Shown piece by piece: positions 37,234-51,759 of a stretch of 64,000 nucleotides of DNA. The stretch comes from Eledone cirrhosa. Lineage: Eukaryota. Location of the stretch: assembly GCA_964016885.1 (NCBI GenBank), contig OZ024740.1, positions 118,544,001 to 118,608,000 on the forward strand, given 5' to 3'. The position numbers and the translations under genes were made by a program. Every line of letters starts with the position of its first letter. Positions within the stretch are counted from its first letter, which is position 1. The notes under the pieces are model-generated. The model made no database searches. It saw only the letters and a program-made list of their open reading frames with translations, and was not told the origin of the DNA.

Positions 37234-37761
37234 CATAAACGAATTGAGAGAGAGGCTGAGCATAAGAGGAATCAAATGTTGGGTGCAGGAGAGGAGGTTA
37301 CGTTGGTATGAACATGTGATGCATAGAAGGATGACAGCTGTATAAAAAGGTGCAGAGCATTAGAAGTCGATGGAAACCGTGGAGTAGGGAGACCCAAAAA
37401 GAATTGGGATGGGGTGATAAAAGCTGACCATACCCAATTGGACCTCTCAAAGGCGATGACACAGGGCCGTTACCTCTGGCGTCACACAGTAATACAGAAG
37501 ACCCAACTTCCCGCGGGTACAAGCCGAAGCTGAAGCATATAGACAGTATGCTCCCACTCTGTCCCACTACAAAGTGGGCGTGAAGGTGCCATGGCAAAAA
37601 AGCAACCAGTTCTCACTGTAAATGAGGTTGGTGTTAGGAAGGACATCCAGCTGTAGAAATTAAGCCAAAATCATTTGCCATATGAGCAAGACAAGATCAG
37701 CTGACCGGACTCTGCCCACAACAGTGTGGAAGAATGGATGTAAAACGGTGATGATGATGAT
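37234..37761 (+). mobile_element. 5'-truncated RTE LINE copy
   Basis: cataaacgaattgagagagaggctgagc..ggtatgaacatgtgatgc; 3'UTR and tail as in 20124-20700. Confidence 0.88.
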
Positions 37762-38849
37762 ATCAGATCTGTTTGAGAGTTATGATGATAATGAAATGTG
37801 TGTGCATATGTGTTTGGTTTATTATTCCTATTTTCTCCAGTTATGTATTTTACATCAGTTTATGGTGAATGAACAATCGTATACTAATTGAAGAATGAGA
37901 GGATTATTCATTATTTATTTGTGAGGAGAACAGCTACGTTTTGTATACACAAACACACACACACTAACAAACATAGCACATACACAAACACATATACAAA
38001 CATACACATATAAACACATATCTTACGGTCAATATCCTACATTCATAATAAAGAGAGAGGGAAAGAGAGAGAAATGAAAGGAAGAAATATACAACAAGAA
38101 GGAAGAAGAAAGAAAGGAAAAAGTATGAAAGTGACTTCACTGAAACAAAAAATACACCCAAGTGAATTTAAGATGAAATGATACACAAAACCAATCTATG
38201 GAACAATGAAATAGCAATAAATCAAATGCAATAAACTTACTTTCTGATTCAATATGAGTTGTTTCATTTAAAGAATATTCTCTTATTTGTTTCAATCATT
38301 AAACTGTGACTCGAACCATCTCCAGGATATTCAGCATAGTAGGCTGTCCTTCCAAAGTGATCCCCTTCTCCCATATATTTGCCCCATTCTTCCAAATAAA
38401 ATTATTTCAACTTAGAGTTGGTTAGGCCTAGGAGACAAGATTTTGATATGTTTCACCCTGACCAAACTAAGAAAACGAATAAGACTGCATTCTCTACTAT
38501 ACAGTACACACTCACTCTTGTGAAATGAAATTACTCAACTTTTTGTTTAGTTTTTGACACTTCTTGCTCTAACTAATTTTTTACTAAAATATTACTAAGC
38601 ATGCATTTAATACTACACCATCCATACTTACCCTTAGTAAATCTTGTTATAGTTCATAACACCATATATCCCACTCCACTTCTTTGGATATCTCAACAAA
38701 ATTACTATATGGAAATGTTTAATGATGAATTTATTGATTGCAGGAAATCTATATATTTAAGTTAATAATCATACAGATTTATACAAAACTGTGATTTTCT
38801 CTGAAGTCTACACAATAGGTAACTGTCTAGTTGGCTAAATGATAGTGTT

Positions 38850-39256
38850 GGACATGACTGTGAACATTCTGGGGCACTGGCTTGAAGAGATTTAGTTGAT
38901 CATATCAACACCAGCACATAATTATTTCAAGTCTGATGTTTTGTTTAATCAATCTCTTTTTGGTGAATTGCTAAGTTATAGGATATAAACAGAGACACTA
39001 ACTATAATTCCAGTCTTGAGAACACACATGTATATATATATATGCATGCATATATATATTTGTGTGTATGTGTGTTTATGTATATATATATATATATATA
39101 ATGGGCTTCCACACAGTTTCTGTGAACATCCTTCATAATGAAATGATCAACCCAAAACTATAGTAGAGGACAGTTGCCCAAGTTACCACACAGTGGGACT
39201 GAATCTGTAACCACATGGTTGTGAAGCAAACTCTTTAACCACACAGCCATGTCTGC
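38850..39256 (-). mobile_element. Diverged tRNA-derived SINE, octopus OK-like head
   Basis: Minus-strand head gcagacatggctgtgtggttaaagagtttgcttcacaaccatgtggttacagattcagtcccactgtgtgg. Confidence 0.6.
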
Positions 39257-39460
39257 AACTAAAAAAGAGCAATTCATATTTTGGTCATGAAAACATACAA
39301 ACAGAATCAAAATGAAAATAAAATAAAAATAAACTAAATAAAAAGCAAATATAAATATTATAAGCTCAGTAATTGGTCCTTAAATTCTGTATATATTTAT
39401 TAAAATAATTTATTACATTGACTTCTGATCACTAAACCCTCCAGATCATAGGTTACCTCA

Positions 39461-39515
<55 letters not shown>

Positions 39516-39786
39516 ATGTGCAGATATGTGAGTGTACATCTGTGTGTATGTTTGTGTTTATTTCCGTGTATGTGTGAGTGTTTGTATGTGAATGTTTGTG
39601 TGTGTGTGTGTGTGTGTAAGTGGTTGTGAGGTAATCCTTGTTGTACATCATATTCTACTTTTACACGTCAAACGTGCAGCAAATGCTGTTTGTTTATATG
39701 TATATGTATTTAATCATCATTTAATGCCTATTTTCCCTGCTAGCATTATGTGTGTATATATATATATATATATGCATATATATAAG

Positions 39787-39817
<31 letters not shown>

Positions 39818-41169
39818 GTGTGTGTGGAGGGGGGCATGTGTGTGTTTGTGGTTTTAAGCAATTAACTTCAACTAGTGGGATCTTATATACAGAACAATAA
39901 AGAATCTTTGAGATCAACATCCTTCAATGTTGTTCTCTGCCAGAGGATATCTTCAATTATTGAACCAAAGCTATCAATCAGGAAACTGATCTAGAATGGC
40001 AGTAAATGTCAAAACATTTAGTGTTTATATTTTTATCGCATCTTGAGCCATCTTACAATAGAAGAATTACAGAAAACACAGTTCAAGAGTTCAAACATTA
40101 CAAAATATTTCCATTTAAAGCATTACGATACCTACCTAAAAATTGTTACTTATGCAACAAACTTTACAGTAATCTCGTTGGTGTTAGAATGTAAAATCTA
40201 CCACCAATCATATCTTTGTCTAATTAGCAGCTGATGATAGATATTTTAAATAAATCAATCAGCCTGTTGAGTTGAAACTTCATTTCAGATCATAATTAAA
40301 TCCTAGTTGCTTAATTATTTAGATATTATGGTCTGAACTCTAATAACAATAACAATATAACAAAGGAATTTTTCTAGAGATACAAAATTATTTAGATATT
40401 GTTTTGCTAAACTCCAAAATAGACAATGCTTTTCTTGATACTTGGGTACTTATAGTGAGAGGAGTCTACTTTGTTTTAAATTATTGAACTAAGTCACCTA
40501 TAGAATAACTACTTCCCTTCCTCTCACTAACATTAGAGAGCCTGAAAATGTGATGGGTACTGCTCTTTCTTCCCTGACTAAGCTAGTGATAAAGGAAGCA
40601 ACAAATATAACAATACGTGAGTAGCACTAATGTAATGGCATAGGCAGCGAATTGGTAGAGTCATAAGTACATTGGTTAGAATGCTTTGTGCTATTCATTT
40701 TGGCTCTCTGACTTCAAATTGTACTGAGGTCAATTTTGTCTTTCATCCATCTGAGATCAATAAAATGTACTCATCTAGTATTGGGTTAAATTCTTCCTCT
40801 ATATCTCTTTCTCATTTGATTTCTTTCACACCCCTTTTTAGAAACATTTGCTGTATTCAGACATGGAGAGGAGATGGGCCCTGCTAGATTTAGGAAATGC
40901 CCTTGAAATACTGTATGTCAATACAGTGCCCCTACGGATACCCAGGAGTTACAGGACTATGCATGCAATGTAGATGACATAATTGTAACAAACTTTTGTG
41001 CAATTGAAAGCTTACATGAAGGCTTTATACAACATAAACCAATCTCTTTATAATTTAGTACACATTTCTTCCTACACTAGGTACTTAAATTGCATTGCCC
41101 TTATTAAATTATATTCATTTCTGAGTGTAGCTTGCTACAAATATCAATGTTTTACTTAAAGTGCATTAA

Positions 41170-41393
41170 CTCTTTTGAAGCCAACCTGCATGAAACTGTT
41201 GTTTGGTCTATGATGAAAACATATGTTTATAGTGTTCATGTTCAAACTTAAACCTTCCATCAATATTTCTAAAAACTTATTAACTTATATTCTGAACACC
41301 ATCTTCATAAATGCCTTCAAATTCTTGATTAACTTTTAAATTAGTTGAAAATCAAAGGCAGTGTCTTTCGTTCCAAATATAGTAACAAAAGGA
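41170..41393. mobile_element. Possible TTAA-flanked MITE
   Basis: ttaa|ctcttttg ... caaaagga|ttaa; start resembles 32111 and 44035. Confidence 0.4.
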
Positions 41394-42312
41394 TTAAGAT
41401 TCTCCACATAGGAACAACGTCTAAGAGATAAGAAAATTAAGTGATGACAATATGTAATATAAGTTATAAAAATGTGAAATAACTACAACTGAGAACTGAA
41501 ACAGTGCCAGTCTTATAAGTTTTCTTTCTACTCTACTAAACTTCTCTTGTTAATATGTTTGTTAATGTAAAATAAGAAGAATGATATTTCAATAAAGCTT
41601 ATAACTAAATAAACATTCTTATACATAGATATTAGGATATATATGTTTAATGTGAATAGAAACAATACTGACTGAATAACAATTAAATTTGTTTTATGTT
41701 GTTTAGATGATTGCTTATAATACATGAAGATGTTTGTATTTTTCAAAGAGAGTGTAACAGATAAGACCTGTTTAACACTATCTTCATCTTTTATCTCATT
41801 CAAACATTGTTGTTTATAAACTTGGCTATATTTCTTTAACAGTTAGACATTAAATACTGTTTTCTCATTACTCAGATATAAACAATTCTTTTGTTCGATA
41901 CTGAATTTTCCGACCAATTGTATTTCAGCCTCTGGCACCAGACTTGCAATTAATAATGATAATGACAGAAACAAAAATTATCATTGTAATGAAAGTAAGC
42001 TTCAAAGGTTTTGTTAATAATAGGTAAAGAGTTCTGTTCTTTGACAAATCAGCATTTCCTACTTTTACAGTCAATCAAGAAAATGGATAACACAAATCTT
42101 CTCAATAGAAAACAATTAACTTTGTGAGATGTTAATGTTTTATCAAGGCAAAAATAAAACAAAAACGCCTTTAGGTTTGATGGTTCCATCATAATAAATT
42201 AAGCAATCACCATATGAGAGTTTTACAAGACTAAACCAAAAAGAATCAAATATACTCCATTGATCTACAAAGATATTCCTAAAACAATTTCAGAATACAT
42301 AAATTACAACTA

Positions 42313-42987
42313 CTGTATATACTCATGTAAAAGTCAAATTTTTTAGACCATTTTTAAGGTTAAATTTATGGGTCAATTATTAATTCGGTGCTACTTTTGA
42401 GGTGCTTGACATTCACGCTAAAATCCTAAGTACCACATCTGAGGCTCAGTTGATCTCTAAACGAATAAAAACAAAAACAAAAATACAGTAATATTTCTGA
42501 TTCTATACATCAACGCACACATCTTAGTAAATAAGAAAATCCATAAACAAGGCCGTGTAGATCTTATTTATACTTGCTCTTTTATTTGTATTCAAACTTA
42601 CAAACTAGCTTAGTGCAATTAATTTATGTTTCATAATTACTGTATATTATCATGTATAAAATATCTATGGGTTTGCCACAACCTACCGTAATACTGTGTA
42701 CATTGGCATGTTTTGCATCACAACTCTCCACCCACGTTATATTTATATTCGTTGTTAAAGTCACACCTATTACAGGCGAATTATGGTACAGTATATTAGT
42801 GCTACATTTTTATTTATAATTAATTCAGTGCAAGTTAAGACTTTAAATAACGCAAATGGTGATCTGTTATCTGTAAAATACTATGGTGAACATCTATAGG
42901 AGGTCTATGGAAAATTTCAGATTTTTTACCAAAAATAGGGGGGGGGGGACTTTTACATGAGATCAACTATTACTGTAATATATACGC
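42313..42987. mobile_element. Non-autonomous pogo/Tc2-type DNA transposon
   Basis: ta|ctgtatatactcatgtaaaagtc ... gacttttacatgag..aatatatacgc|ta; degenerate TIRs with TA flanks. Confidence 0.6.
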
Positions 42988-44139
42988 TAAATATTTTCAA
43001 GATAAGAATCAGGAATTATACTTCATAGCAGAAAAATCTGATAACTTTTCTTTGAAGCTATCATTGCACTAAAGTATTTAAATTTACTGGCATTCAACCA
43101 GATTGAGTTCAACTGACTAAAACCAGTTCATTTACAACAAGACAGTGGCTGCCCATGCATGGGGATCACAGACACCCAACATAGACATTATGAGCAAGAT
43201 CTGACTTGATTGTGACACTCTACTTTTTTAACTGTCTGCTCTGCCATATAAGCCATCCTGGGTGAGGCTCAAGTCAGAGTTGACCTTGAAAATAAGAGAA
43301 TGCAGTGCATGCACACTAGAGACACACATCTACCTTAGCCTATGGTGGTGAAAGAGGTGCCAAAATACTTAAATTAATTGAAGTATGGCACCTATAATAT
43401 TCGTAGTTTAGAATCTCATATATGTAATATAGTGATTTAGAAAACTTTAATTAACTGAGAGTATCCTTGTAAACAAAAACTCCCTTGTTTGTTTAAAATC
43501 TAGAAATAAGAAGCAAATGAGAAAACTCTAATAAAATCAACTAATTAAAATTAACGGAAAAAACAAATGATGTAGAGGAGAGTAGATAAAGAAGATAAAG
43601 TCAAGTGTTGGAATGAATAGACATATTTCAGTAGTATTAGATCTCCTCAGCAGAACCTATTCTATTTGGCCAGATTTAGATGTGATAATTACAGATAGTA
43701 TTAAGGGAATGGGGAGATGAATCTCAATAATATAACTGATGTAAAGTACCCCAAGGGAAGTGCATTCTAAATAAACATGGTAAGGTCTCTCAGAATACTC
43801 AGCAACTTTAATGAGCTGACTGTTACATTGGTGGAACAATTGGAACAATCATCATTGATACAGATGGTTCCATTAATGTGTTGTCCATTTGCATATATTG
43901 CTGCTTAAATCCAAAGTTTATTTAGAATCTGATTGTGTTTCTTATAAAATTATAGGGTTCTACTAACAACTTTGCATGAATAATTTTGAAAATAATAGTT
44001 GTTAGATGTTAATGATAGGCAATTAGTGTTTAACCCTTTTGATATCAACCCATGCTTCTATGATGAAAAGTATTTGTGTTTAAATTTATACTTTTCATTA
44101 TGATGTTTGTTTAAATTCTTTTCTTAATCATCTCGAACT

Positions 44140-45010
44140 TGTTAATGGAATCATGATCATGTACAACAACAATTTCACTACAGTACTGACAGCAGAAGGA
44201 GAAACTAACTTCTTTCAGGAAGTCATAAGTGTAGTTCATGGCAATCTCCTTGTATGATATTTATTATCATATTTGATTATACACTACATGTTGCAATTAA
44301 TGATTTTGATTGATTTACCCTTATCAGACATAGAAACAACAAACATCCGACACAACACCAAGCAGATATGGAATTTGCTGATGACACTGTCTTATGTGCA
44401 GATTCACTAAACAAGGCAGAGGACCTCTTACACAAGTTAAAAGTTTCTATTCAAGCTATGGGACTCTTCCTGAAGGTCAATGAAACTAAATACATGACTA
44501 TCAATTCAGATTAAGCAACAAGCATCAAAACATTAAGCAATACTGTTCTCGAAAAAGTGGACATCATCATCATCATCATCAGGTTTAGCGTCCGTGTTCC
44601 ACGCTTGCATGGGTTTGGACGGGGGTTTTCCCACTTGAGGCAAGAGTGGTTGTCTTGCTCGCATAGGACTGTCTGGCGGGTTTTCTACAGTTGGATGCCC
44701 TTCCTAACACCAACCACATTTACAGTGTGGGGCTGGGAGGTTTTTACCGTGTTGCCTACACGGCCACATTACAGCGTGGACTCTCTGAATTTCAAATATC
44801 TTGCCATATGCACCAACTTATTAGCAGTTATAAACAACAGGGTAGCACAAGCATGGTTTGCTGTGAACTTCCTAGATAAGGTATGGAAATCTAAGATAAC
44901 CATAAAATAAAAGATAGATTATTCAAATCTACAGTGGAATCAATCTTACTGTATTTCAGTGAATAACAATCTGTGACAATACTTTTCATTAAAGCTTTAG
45001 ATAGTTGCTA
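44140..45010 (+). mobile_element. Old RTE-type LINE RT fragment, interrupted by a younger LINE 3' end
   Basis: DMEFADDTVLCADSLNKAEDLLHKL..GLFLKVNETKYM at ~44365-44500; EKVD..FKYL across the insertion. Confidence 0.7.
44562..44782 (-). mobile_element. Young 3' end of RTE LINE family A
   Basis: Reverse complement of 57822-58040; gtggac present at both junctions. Confidence 0.9.
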
Positions 45011-45527
45011 CAAATGTCTTGATTGTGTTGCAAGCATAATTGCCTATGGCAATCGCTTGCCCATTGGTCATACCATCTGTGTCAGGCTTCTCCAACTTGC
45101 AAGTCATGTCATGAGATGCAATTAACCTGCTATAAAACTTTTACTATGGGAGCCCCCAAATGTGAAATGCAAACACAAAATAACTCTCAATACATTAAAG
45201 AGATTCATTGAAGAAGATAAGAAGATATCGAATTATCCGGGGAAGAACTAAGTTTTATCATGTCACAAAGTAGTGGATGAATTTAGTAGTAGTAGTTTCA
45301 TTAGTAATATGGCAATGAAACAGTTAACAATACTATTAGCCTTGAACGAAAGTGCAGAAGGAGAAAACAATGGGACAGAGGGAGAGAGAAGTAAAAGATG
45401 ATAAAGATGATAAAGATAGTGTAAGAGATATATAGAAACAATGTTTTAGAGCAAAATATAAAATTAATTCAAGATTATTGTTGTTGTTATCCCTTATCAA
45501 AAAGATATATGACCACAACCATTACCA

Positions 45528-45614
45528 TGCCTTTCATCCTTACGGGGTCGATAAAATAAAGAACCAGTAATGCACTGGGTAATTGCTGGCCTTGTGCCAA
45601 AAGTAGAAACAATT
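45528..45614 (+). mobile_element. 3' half of a Nin-like SINE
   Basis: gcctttcatccttacggggtcgataaaataaagaaccag..aaagtagaaacaat. Confidence 0.75.
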
Positions 45615-48045
45615 TATCGAGGATTAGATTATTCATTTTGTTATTCCTTTATTATGTTGTCAGCTGAAGAGATTTAGGTGCTATGTTTAGCTGGTCAAAC
45701 AAATATATATATATATATTTCAGAGCCAGGAAGTCATTGGATGAGATTATGGTGACCGACATTAAAAACAATAAACCTCACAACAGAAATTATTAAGGAC
45801 CACAAGAACTGAGGAAGACTTGGCCTTTAGCATACAATATGGCCTGACCTATCACCGTGTTTACCTCTTCTACTAGCACTGACTAATAACTATTCTCAAC
45901 ATCAAACCACACTTCCCACATCACCCCATACCCTCCTTCAGTACTTGCTCATTAGCTGATGCCCCATCAAAATCCTCTAGACTCCCTCTTTATCATACTA
46001 TAGTTGCCACTCTCCTTAGTCTTATCCACCACACCTATGCATCACCCACTAGAACTTTGTGTGTTACTGGTACTTTATTTTATCAATCCTGTAAGGATGA
46101 AAGGCAAAGCTAACCAGAAAATATAGGATCTTTACACATATTTGAAATAAACCTAATATGCATTATTAAAAAATTCATTACTAATGTTTTCAGAGTAACA
46201 TTTCTATAGTGTTGGTTTCACAATGGAATGTACTTTGTAACCCCACTAAAGTTTTGGATGAAAAAACTGAGTCAATGATTAGTACACAGGAAGCTTTGAT
46301 TCTGTTAATGACTTGACAATCTCTCTTATGCTGATGCCACAAGAAAATGCACCAACTACACTCTGTAAAAGTATTAGTATTATGAAGGGCATCCAGTCAT
46401 AGAAATGAAGCCAAATATGGAATGTAGATGCAGGTTGAGGTTGTTTGCCAGCAAGGACATCAACAACAATGACAAACGGATGAGGATGATTATGATGAAT
46501 GTATTATGTGAATAGAAAATAAGACTGGTTAGTTATTTCAAATAATTGAGTGCCTGAGCAATTAAAACATCTAGATTGGTGTCTCACTGCTCTGAGTTAA
46601 AGCTCAAATAATGATAATTTTACCATGTATACTTCAGATTTGGTCAAATGTGAATGAGTAAGGAACTGGGATTGATTAAATTGATTACATCCCACCCCTT
46701 TACTTAAATGGCTGCATGCCTAATAAAATGAAATTATTATGAATTAGGAGATAATTTTGGAAAAACGTCATATAATGATCATTTATCATTAATTACCATT
46801 TCTACTTAACATAACTTGGCATCATATTTTGGAAATGCACATTTTAAAAATCAACATTAATAACTATGTTAATTACAGCTTATGCACTGCACAAAAGTTG
46901 GCAGTAAATCTCATAGGTGCACAATCCATAACTAACAACAGAGAAATAATTTCTAATTTAACAATGCAGATTTGCTGAGATAGATTGCAAGTAAACAACT
47001 TTGCTGAAAACTTAATTATTGCTTCATCAACATTTTACGTTCAATTTTTCCATGCTGGCATAAGTTGGACAGGTTGTTAGGGTTCAAATTAGGTCTTATT
47101 CAAACTTACTGCCATCTTAGATAAGCCTAGAGACAGGATCTCAAACCTACATTCTGCATATGAAACAGATTCTATTAGCTGGATATCTAGTCTAGTAACA
47201 GTCCCTTTACAGTGTCAACTGGGTTCACTTTATTTTGCATGAATGCAAGGGTGGTTGTAATGTCCTTGATATACTTGAATATTTCTACATTATAATGTCA
47301 TTCACTTGATTTCCATTAAGCACAATTAGGTTTTGATCAGTTCTAAGTCAAGTCTGATCATACAGACCTCTGGCAAATGGTAACTAGTTGCTAGAAGAGC
47401 TAGATGTGTGTCACATTGCTTCAAGAATTACCAAATGTCTGTCATCACACTGAACATTACAGCATCTATTGGTTTATTAAATGGATACACATGGCAGTCT
47501 GGATATGTTGCATTCTCTCTACAGCCTGGTCTGAGGTGTTCCATTTACTACAGTCAAAAATAAAAGTTATGATCAAAACAACAAATATTTAAAGAGGATT
47601 TTTCATTGTAGAGATTAACCTTATAGGCAATGACAAGCTTCTCCATTTTGCCATAACATATGCATCCCCCAATCACCAACTCCATCATCTTCAGTCATGT
47701 CTCACTGGGTCTTCACTTTCTTATACTTTCTTCTACATTTCTTCCCATCACTCCTCTCATCTTGTCACTTTCATCCTTCCTCAACACACGAACCAAACAT
47801 TTCATACCATTTCATTTCACAACATTCATCACTAGCCTTAATCTCATTAACATCAACAATTCTACTGTTACCGAGTCCAACCCAACTTTTCTATGCTAAA
47901 AATGCAGATATTATTCACTTTAGCTAAGACATTTGTTGTTTAGATATAGGTCAGAACTGATTGATCAAAGGTATTTCAGCATATGACCATCACATCATTT
48001 TGTATACCCAGGAGTATGTTGTTCAATATATCCTCCTTAACTTAA

Positions 48046-48250
48046 CCCTTTATCATTTACATTACTCTATATTTACTAATATATTCTCATGTTAAAGGCT
48101 TTAGCTCAGATAATTATCTGACATAATATTGATATTATTTATTTTCTGAACAATATGTTAACATCAGTATGAGCAGCCAGTTACAGCCAGTTTGAACAGA
48201 AAGAGGTGAGATAATTCTGTCCAAATACGGCCAGTTTAAATGCTAATGGG
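48046..48250. mobile_element. TTAA-flanked (piggyBac-like) MITE
   Basis: ttaa|ccctttatcattta ... taaatgctaatggg|ttaa. Confidence 0.6.
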
Positions 48251-49075
48251 TTAAGATGGGGAGGTGTGCTTTGAAGAACATTTGGCACCTGTTTCCTGCA
48301 TGTCATGTGATTATGTACAACATCATCTCTCAGGTCAAGTGACCTTATAGAAGCTACCTTGTAGACTTCTAGAACAGTATTTTGAGCTGATGAACGTAAT
48401 AGTATTGTTATTATTTCTTTTTGTATGTTTGCATAATGCATTTAATATATATAATACAAGCACAAATTCATGCATATGCTAATGTATGCACATGTATGCA
48501 CACACACATACTTATGTAGCATAGCCTGCAAGCTCTTCAGAAATAATGGGCATTTCAAAAATTGTCGCAATTGCATCTGTTGTCTTCACTGCCATAATCA
48601 TCAACATCAACATAATCATCATTATCATCATCACATCCCTCACCATCATTTATGATTGATAACATACTCAAACATCATCCCCATTCACAATTGTCCCTAA
48701 CATTTTCCTAACAAACTGGAGCCATCACTGCCTCCTTATGTTCCATCATCACTGCCACCTTTTAAACACTATTGTAATAATCATTTCTGATTTTCTGTTT
48801 AATTAGAATAGTTTGCAATGGATTATTGCTTTACAGTTAAGGAAGCTACTTAAAACCTACTTTAAAGCTTGTGTCTCACTCTACAATCTCAATCTTATAG
48901 TTTCATGCTAATTAAACATCAGGAAAATTGAATTATATATATATATATATATATATACATGCATATACTTATATATACACATGCATATAATCATATATAT
49001 ACACATGCATATACTTATACATACATATACATATATATACATACATATACATATATATACATACATATACATGTA

Positions 49076-49076
49076 T

Positions 49077-49109
<33 letters not shown>

Positions 49110-50363
49110 GTTTAACGTCCATATTCGACGCTTGCATGGGTTTGGACGGGAGTTTTCCCACTTGAGGCAAGAGTGGTTGTCTTGCTCGCATAGGACTGTT
49201 TGGTGGGTTTTCTACGGCTGGATGCCCTTCCTAACACCAACCACATTTACAGTGTGGAACTGGGAGGTTTTTACCGTGTTACCTACACGGCCACATTACA
49301 GCGTGGACTGTGTGTTTTTTTGTCGTGACACCTACACGACCTCCTTTGTTTCGGGCTGGATGTTGTGGTACCAACATAACTTTACATTGAAAGGGGTGGT
49401 GTGGATGGGGTGGGGGTAGTGGGACGGGGGTGTATTTTGTTAGAGGTGCCTACTGACTGTAGTAGGTTTCACTTTGTACTTAGGTAAGGCGGGTCTTCTC
49501 TATTACTGTGTAGCGCCAAAGATCTCGGCCCAGTGACATTGTCTTGGAGAGGTGTAAGTGTGTGAGGTAGGAATTTATCAAGTCATCCCAGGTTTTTCTG
49601 GGTCTGCCTACTCCGTGGCTACCGTCTATTTTTATCGCCCTGCACTTTTTTATACAGCTGTGGTCTTTCATGCGCATCACGTGACCATACCAATGTAGTC
49701 TTCTCTCGAGTAAACAAGATCTGATCCCTCTTATTCCTAATTTCTCCCTTAGTTCGTTTATGCTTTGCCGTTCACGTATATTACTATTACACATCCAGCG
49801 GAGCATGCAATCTTTGTTTCTCTCCAGTCTGCGTATATCCTCTGCACACAATGCCCAGGTCTCACTGCCATGTAACATTGCTGTTCGTATGCAGGCATCA
49901 TACAGCCTGCCTTTCATTTATAGAGAGAACCATTTAGTGGCCAATAGTGGTATAAGCTCTCTGAACATTTTCCATCCCGTTCTTACTCTAGCTACTGTAC
50001 TTTCAGAGCACCCTCCCCCACTGCTGGTTTTGTCACCTAGGTAACGGAAGGTGTCCACTATTTCTATGGGACCATCTGTGCAATGGAATGAGCTAGTATT
50101 CTCTGGGCACTTGCTGCTACTTATTGCACCAGAGCACCGGCCACATATAAAATCTATATTCTTAGTTAGTTTACCTGTGATCCCACTACATCTTTTATGC
50201 ACCCATATTTGCATTTGGGACATAACATGGAGTTACTGCCTACTCCTTTCCTACACACTAAGCTTGGTCATTTCTCAGATGGGACCGGTGCCCTATTTTC
50301 CATCCTACAAACTAGAACTTTAGTCTTAGACAAGTTAACTTTAAGGCCTTTTGATTCTAGGCC
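49076..50363 (-). mobile_element. 5'-truncated RTE LINE family A copy
   Basis: ORFs 49480-49917 and 49918-50223 are very similar to the C-terminus of the 55.8-kb ORF; 3'UTR and (CAT)n on the + strand. Confidence 0.95.
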
Positions 50364-50383
50364 ATATATAAATATATATATAC

Positions 50384-50456
<73 letters not shown>

Positions 50457-50492
50457 TATATATATATAACTATATATATATATATATATATA

Positions 50493-50546
<54 letters not shown>

Positions 50547-50549
<3 letters not shown>

Positions 50550-51700
50550 CAGGAAAGAAGTGTGACACGGTTTGCTATACAAAAAAGGTTTTTAATCTCA
50601 TTGCGGACAATTGTTTCTCTGAACTGGTAGGTCTAGAGATCGCTACCCGCTTATTTCCACGTTATTTGATCACCAATACAAAGTTATAACCATTCAATTC
50701 ATCGGAGCTTGTGAGAATGAAAAGAATATACAGACATGGCTACTATATATAGTAGTAATGGCATTCAATCACAACAATAACAACAATACTAACAAAGCTA
50801 GCAATAAATTATTTGAAATAATCACAACATCAATCTAGGTGGGAAGTATAGTATATCTACGATTTTAGCCTGTAAAACTAGCTGACATGAGGCAGATGTA
50901 TAAATTAACATGTAAAAGCTGTCATGGGGTGTATTATATCAAGTGTAAAGATAAGCCGGTGGCTTTAAACAATATAGGTCTGGTGGCCGTAAGACTCATT
51001 TATTATCTGACAGGTGAAGAATTTATCACTGTAGTGGGGATAGTAATATTTGTGTGGTCTATATTAGATGAAAGGGTTGTCTAGCTTTCTCATCATCAAT
51101 AACATACCTGTATAAGACAACATTAACAGAGTAGCAATATAATGGGCAGGTTAATACAGAGGTAAAGGAGGCAATATATATATATATATATATACATACA
51201 TACAAACATATATATATACATACACACATATACAGACTTAAAGAGAAAACATGCTGACTATAATTATAACAGGAGGAAGGTAAAGTTCTGTTGTAGTAGT
51301 ATTTTGAAATGTTCTTGGATTTAGGTTCATGTGCTGACAGCAGTTGAGTAGAGATATATTTATCGGTTGATGAGGTACTTACAGACATTAGTGTGGTTCA
51401 GAACTAAGAAGGCTAGAATCTACTTAATGATTATATTTCTGTGGTGGTTCGTGCAGTGTAGTGGGTATCCTAAGTTGAAAGCTAAGTTACGTCGGTTCGA
51501 TTCACGGAGGTTTAAATCTTGTGAATTTAGTGGCGATCCTGTGTCTGCAGAAGATTGATCTTTCTACTTGTTAAGTAGCCTTTTTACATTTCTAAGGATA
51601 TACAGTAATTCTAGATCACATAGCCTACAGTGGGACATACCGGTACTGTAGGTCTTTGTGGCCGACAACCTCGACCAGTTGATACTGTATTTGGTGTTGA
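50547..51700 (-). mobile_element. PLE-type terminal region with a degenerate hammerhead (~50598-50715), related to the 62-63 kb element
   Basis: Minus strand CCGATGA..tgtattggtgatc..tctctagacc..GAAAC aatt GTC is homologous to 63360-63440; abuts (TA)n; upper boundary uncertain. Confidence 0.55.
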
Positions 51701-51759
51701 TACAAATACAATATATATATATATTTAAAAGAATAGAGGTGTAACACACGAGTTATGAT

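Noticed and set aside
38241-38428. Possible minus-strand exon with a gtaagt donor
   Set aside because: Every frame between the candidate acceptor and donor contains a stop.
41528-41803. Hydrophobic 91-aa ORF
   Set aside because: Composition is explained by AT-rich sequence; non-ATG start and no family motif.
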